Of a stretch of 64,000 nt of DNA, positions 62,216-64,000 are shown one piece after another. The notes under the pieces were generated by a model. The model did no database searches and was not told the DNA's origin. It worked only from the letters and a program-made list of their open reading frames with translations. The position numbers and the translations under genes were made by a program. Position 1 is the first letter of the stretch. Every line of letters begins with the position of its first letter. The stretch is from positions 212 through 64,211 of the forward strand of contig JBGVEW010000035.1 in NCBI GenBank assembly GCA_045120465.1, written 5' to 3'. The stretch is from Eubacteriales bacterium. GTDB lineage: Bacteria > Bacillota > Clostridia > Oscillospirales > CAG-272.

Positions 62216-63295
62216 TTAAAACAGCTCGATCAGTTCCTTCGGGCTCTTGGTAAAATCGTAAATGCTTCCGTCGTTGCGCACCGCAACCAAGTCCTCGATG
62301 CGGCAACCGTATTTGCCCTCTACGTAAATTCCCGGTTCAAAGGTCACCACGTGTCCGCGCTCCAATCTGACGTCCGGCGCGGTTTTGGGAGAGAGATTCG
62401 GTGTTTCGTGTACGTACAGTCCGACACCGTGACCAAGGGAATGCCCAAAGCACCCTTCGTATCCCGCTCCGTTGATCACGTCACGCGCGATGCGGTCAAG
62501 CTCCCGGCAGAACGCCCCCTCCGCCGCCGCTTCCAGCGCGTTTGTCTGCGCAGTCAGAACGGTTTGATAGAGCTTTTTCATATCCGCGTCCGCTTTGCCG
62601 AGGCAAACGGTACGGGTCATATCCGCGCAATAGCCGTCCACGCGTGCGCCGTAGTCCATCGTCAAAAAGCCGCGCTCCAGCTTGCAATGTCTGGGCGTTC
62701 CGTGGGGACGCGAGGAATTGCTTCCCGACACCGCGATGGTATCGAACGCCAAGCCCTCCGCACCGTTTTTGCGCATAAAGTATTCCAGCTCCAAGGCGAC
62801 CTCGATTTCGGTCATATCGGGAGTCAGAACGGAAAGGATATGCGTAAACGCCGCATCGGTAATGCGTTGCGCGCGCTCGATGCAGGCAAGCTCCTCGTCA
62901 TCCTTGTGGATCCGAAGCTGTGAAAAGAGTGCCGACGCACCGCCCGACAGCGTATAGTCCTGCAACAAATTGCGATAGCGCTCAAACTCGGCACAGGACA
63001 GGGAGCGGTCCTCGGTGGCAACCGTACGGCAACCGTTTTCCGCAAGAAGTCCCGAAATACAAGGCATATGTCCCTCGTCGGGCGTCAGAACCGCAAGCTC
63101 TGCGTTCGCCTTTTCGCGCGCCGCTTCGACGTAGCGAAAATCGGTGAGCAGATAGGATGCGCCCCGTGTTACGAGGATCAGACCGTCATGAAATTCAAAG
63201 CCCGAAAGATAACGTTGGTTCGCTCCCTCGGAAACGATGGCGGCATCGTAGCCGTGCTCTGCCAGAAGTGCGCGAAAATCGGATAAACGTGACAT
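62216..63295 (-). CDS. M24-family Xaa-Pro aminopeptidase
   Basis: ATG at 63295 with AAAGGAG upstream. It has the N-terminal creatinase/prolidase domain and the metal-binding region DYGARVDGYCADMTRT..GHSLGHGVGLYVHE..EPGIY. Confidence 0.88.
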   Translation of the reverse strand: MSRLSDFRALLAEHGYDAAIVSEGANQRYLSGFEFHDGLILVTRGASYLLTDFRYVEAAREKANAELAVLTPDEGHMPCISGLLAENGCRTVATEDRSLSCAEFERYRNLLQDYTLSGGASALFSQLRIHKDDEELACIERAQRITDAAFTHILSVLTPDMTEIEVALELEYFMRKNGAEGLAFDTIAVSGSNSSRPHGTPRHCKLERGFLTMDYGARVDGYCADMTRTVCLGKADADMKKLYQTVLTAQTNALEAAAEGAFCRELDRIARDVINGAGYEGCFGHSLGHGVGLYVHETPNLSPKTAPDVRLERGHVVTFEPGIYVEGKYGCRIEDLVAVRNDGSIYDFTKSPKELIELF

Positions 63296-63455
63296 ATAGG
63301 ATCTCCTTTGATTCATTTCTCCCTTCATTATATCACAATTTTTCAAAAAAGTATAGCCCTGTTCGAAAAAATTTTTCTCGCCCCCCTTTTTTGACAAAAT
63401 AAAGAGCTTTCGCAGGGTATAATAAGAGCAAACCGCATACAAAACGGAGGAATTG

Positions 63456-64000
63456 ATGATGCAAACGGAGGTCTATATCGATCTTTACGTCCTGATCAAC
63501 ACCAGCATGAATCTTTTATCTCTGATGATCACCGCCTCTCTCCTGCATCGCAAGGTTTCGCGTCTGCGCTCCTGTCTTGCCGCGCTTCTCGGTGGAATTT
63601 ACGCCGCTGCGGCTCTCCTTTTTGAAATCGAAGGAGCGTTGGGATTTACCCTCGACCTGTTGGCGGGAGGGCTGATGTGTGCCGTGGCGTTTGCGGGCAG
63701 TTCTCTTTCCCTCTTTCGCTTTTTGCAAAGTGCCCTCGTTGAAGTGTTGACCTCGATGATCTTAGGAGGTATCATGACGGCACTCTACAGTCTGCTCAAC
63801 CGCCTCGATCTCCCTTTAGAGGTTTTGGAGGGAGACGGACTATCGGTTTGGCTCTTTTTGCTTCTGAGCCTCGCCGCAGGACTTCTGACCTTGCGCGGCG
63901 GACGCTTTTTCGGGTTTGCGGGGCGCACCAAGAGTGTGACCGTAGAGGTTCGACTGTTTGAAAAGGAGCTCACCCTGCGCGCAATGGTGGATTCGGGAAA
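63456..64000 (+). CDS. spoIIGA: sigma-E processing peptidase SpoIIGA (5' fragment, runs off the window)
   Basis: Not in the ORF track because no stop is reached. ATG at 63456 follows GGAGG. The product MMQTEVYIDLYVLINTSMNLLSLMI... is polytopic and ends in the window with ..LRAMVDSG, the aspartic DSG motif region. Confidence 0.8.
   Translation, partial: MMQTEVYIDLYVLINTSMNLLSLMITASLLHRKVSRLRSCLAALLGGIYAAAALLFEIEGALGFTLDLLAGGLMCAVAFAGSSLSLFRFLQSALVEVLTSMILGGIMTALYSLLNRLDLPLEVLEGDGLSVWLFLLLSLAAGLLTLRGGRFFGFAGRTKSVTVEVRLFEKELTLRAMVDSG

Overview
This is a 64-kb window from a mid-GC, Gram-positive, spore-forming Clostridia-type genome. Supporting signs are a spoIIGA 5' fragment at the right edge, GGAGG-type Shine-Dalgarno sites and L-x-x-C lipoboxes.

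Gene content, left to right:
- glgP and glgA, then an isolated dnaN. All three lie in unusually long intergenic regions packed with structured ~255-nt repeats.
- A dense cluster of TTTTCCACA DnaA boxes (oriC-like). No dnaA is in the window.
- A small regulator and carbohydrate locus: a TIGR00266 protein, an ArsR-like regulator, a BNR/sialidase-fold protein with GLUG repeats, a HAD phosphatase, an AraC regulator, a DUF4838-like protein and a sugar-phosphate isomerase.
- An uninterrupted ~39-kb block of 17 minus-strand genes (17881-56776), which dominates the window.
- Housekeeping genes at the right end: a membrane protein, a MATE efflux pump, a small hypothetical, a SAM methyltransferase, plsY and an M24 Xaa-Pro aminopeptidase.

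The 39-kb block has three parts:
- (a) A giant S8 subtilase fused to BspA-type leucine-rich repeats. It is translationally coupled to a lipoprotein and followed by an oversized Opp/Dpp-type peptide ABC transporter.
- (b) A 2,759-aa LRR / InlB-B-repeat surface protein.
- (c) A MoxR AAA+ / DUF58 / VWA / VWA (Bat-like) module, preceded by a membrane protein with an acidic tail and followed by an LRR lipoprotein and an Ig-like lipoprotein.

No rRNA, tRNA, CRISPR array, transposase, integrase, phage gene or recognisable defence or toxin-antitoxin gene was seen.

The observations most worth following up are:
- the MoxR-VWA module wired to giant surface proteins;
- the protease-Opp locus;
- the repeat families with compensatory hairpin changes that bracket dnaN;
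- the DnaA-box cluster without dnaA;
- the near-total absence of TTA/CTA/TCA sense codons, which gives almost every gene a codon-aligned full-length antisense shadow ORF (up to 2,633 codons).

All functional calls rest on motif and family recognition by eye. No database search was run.
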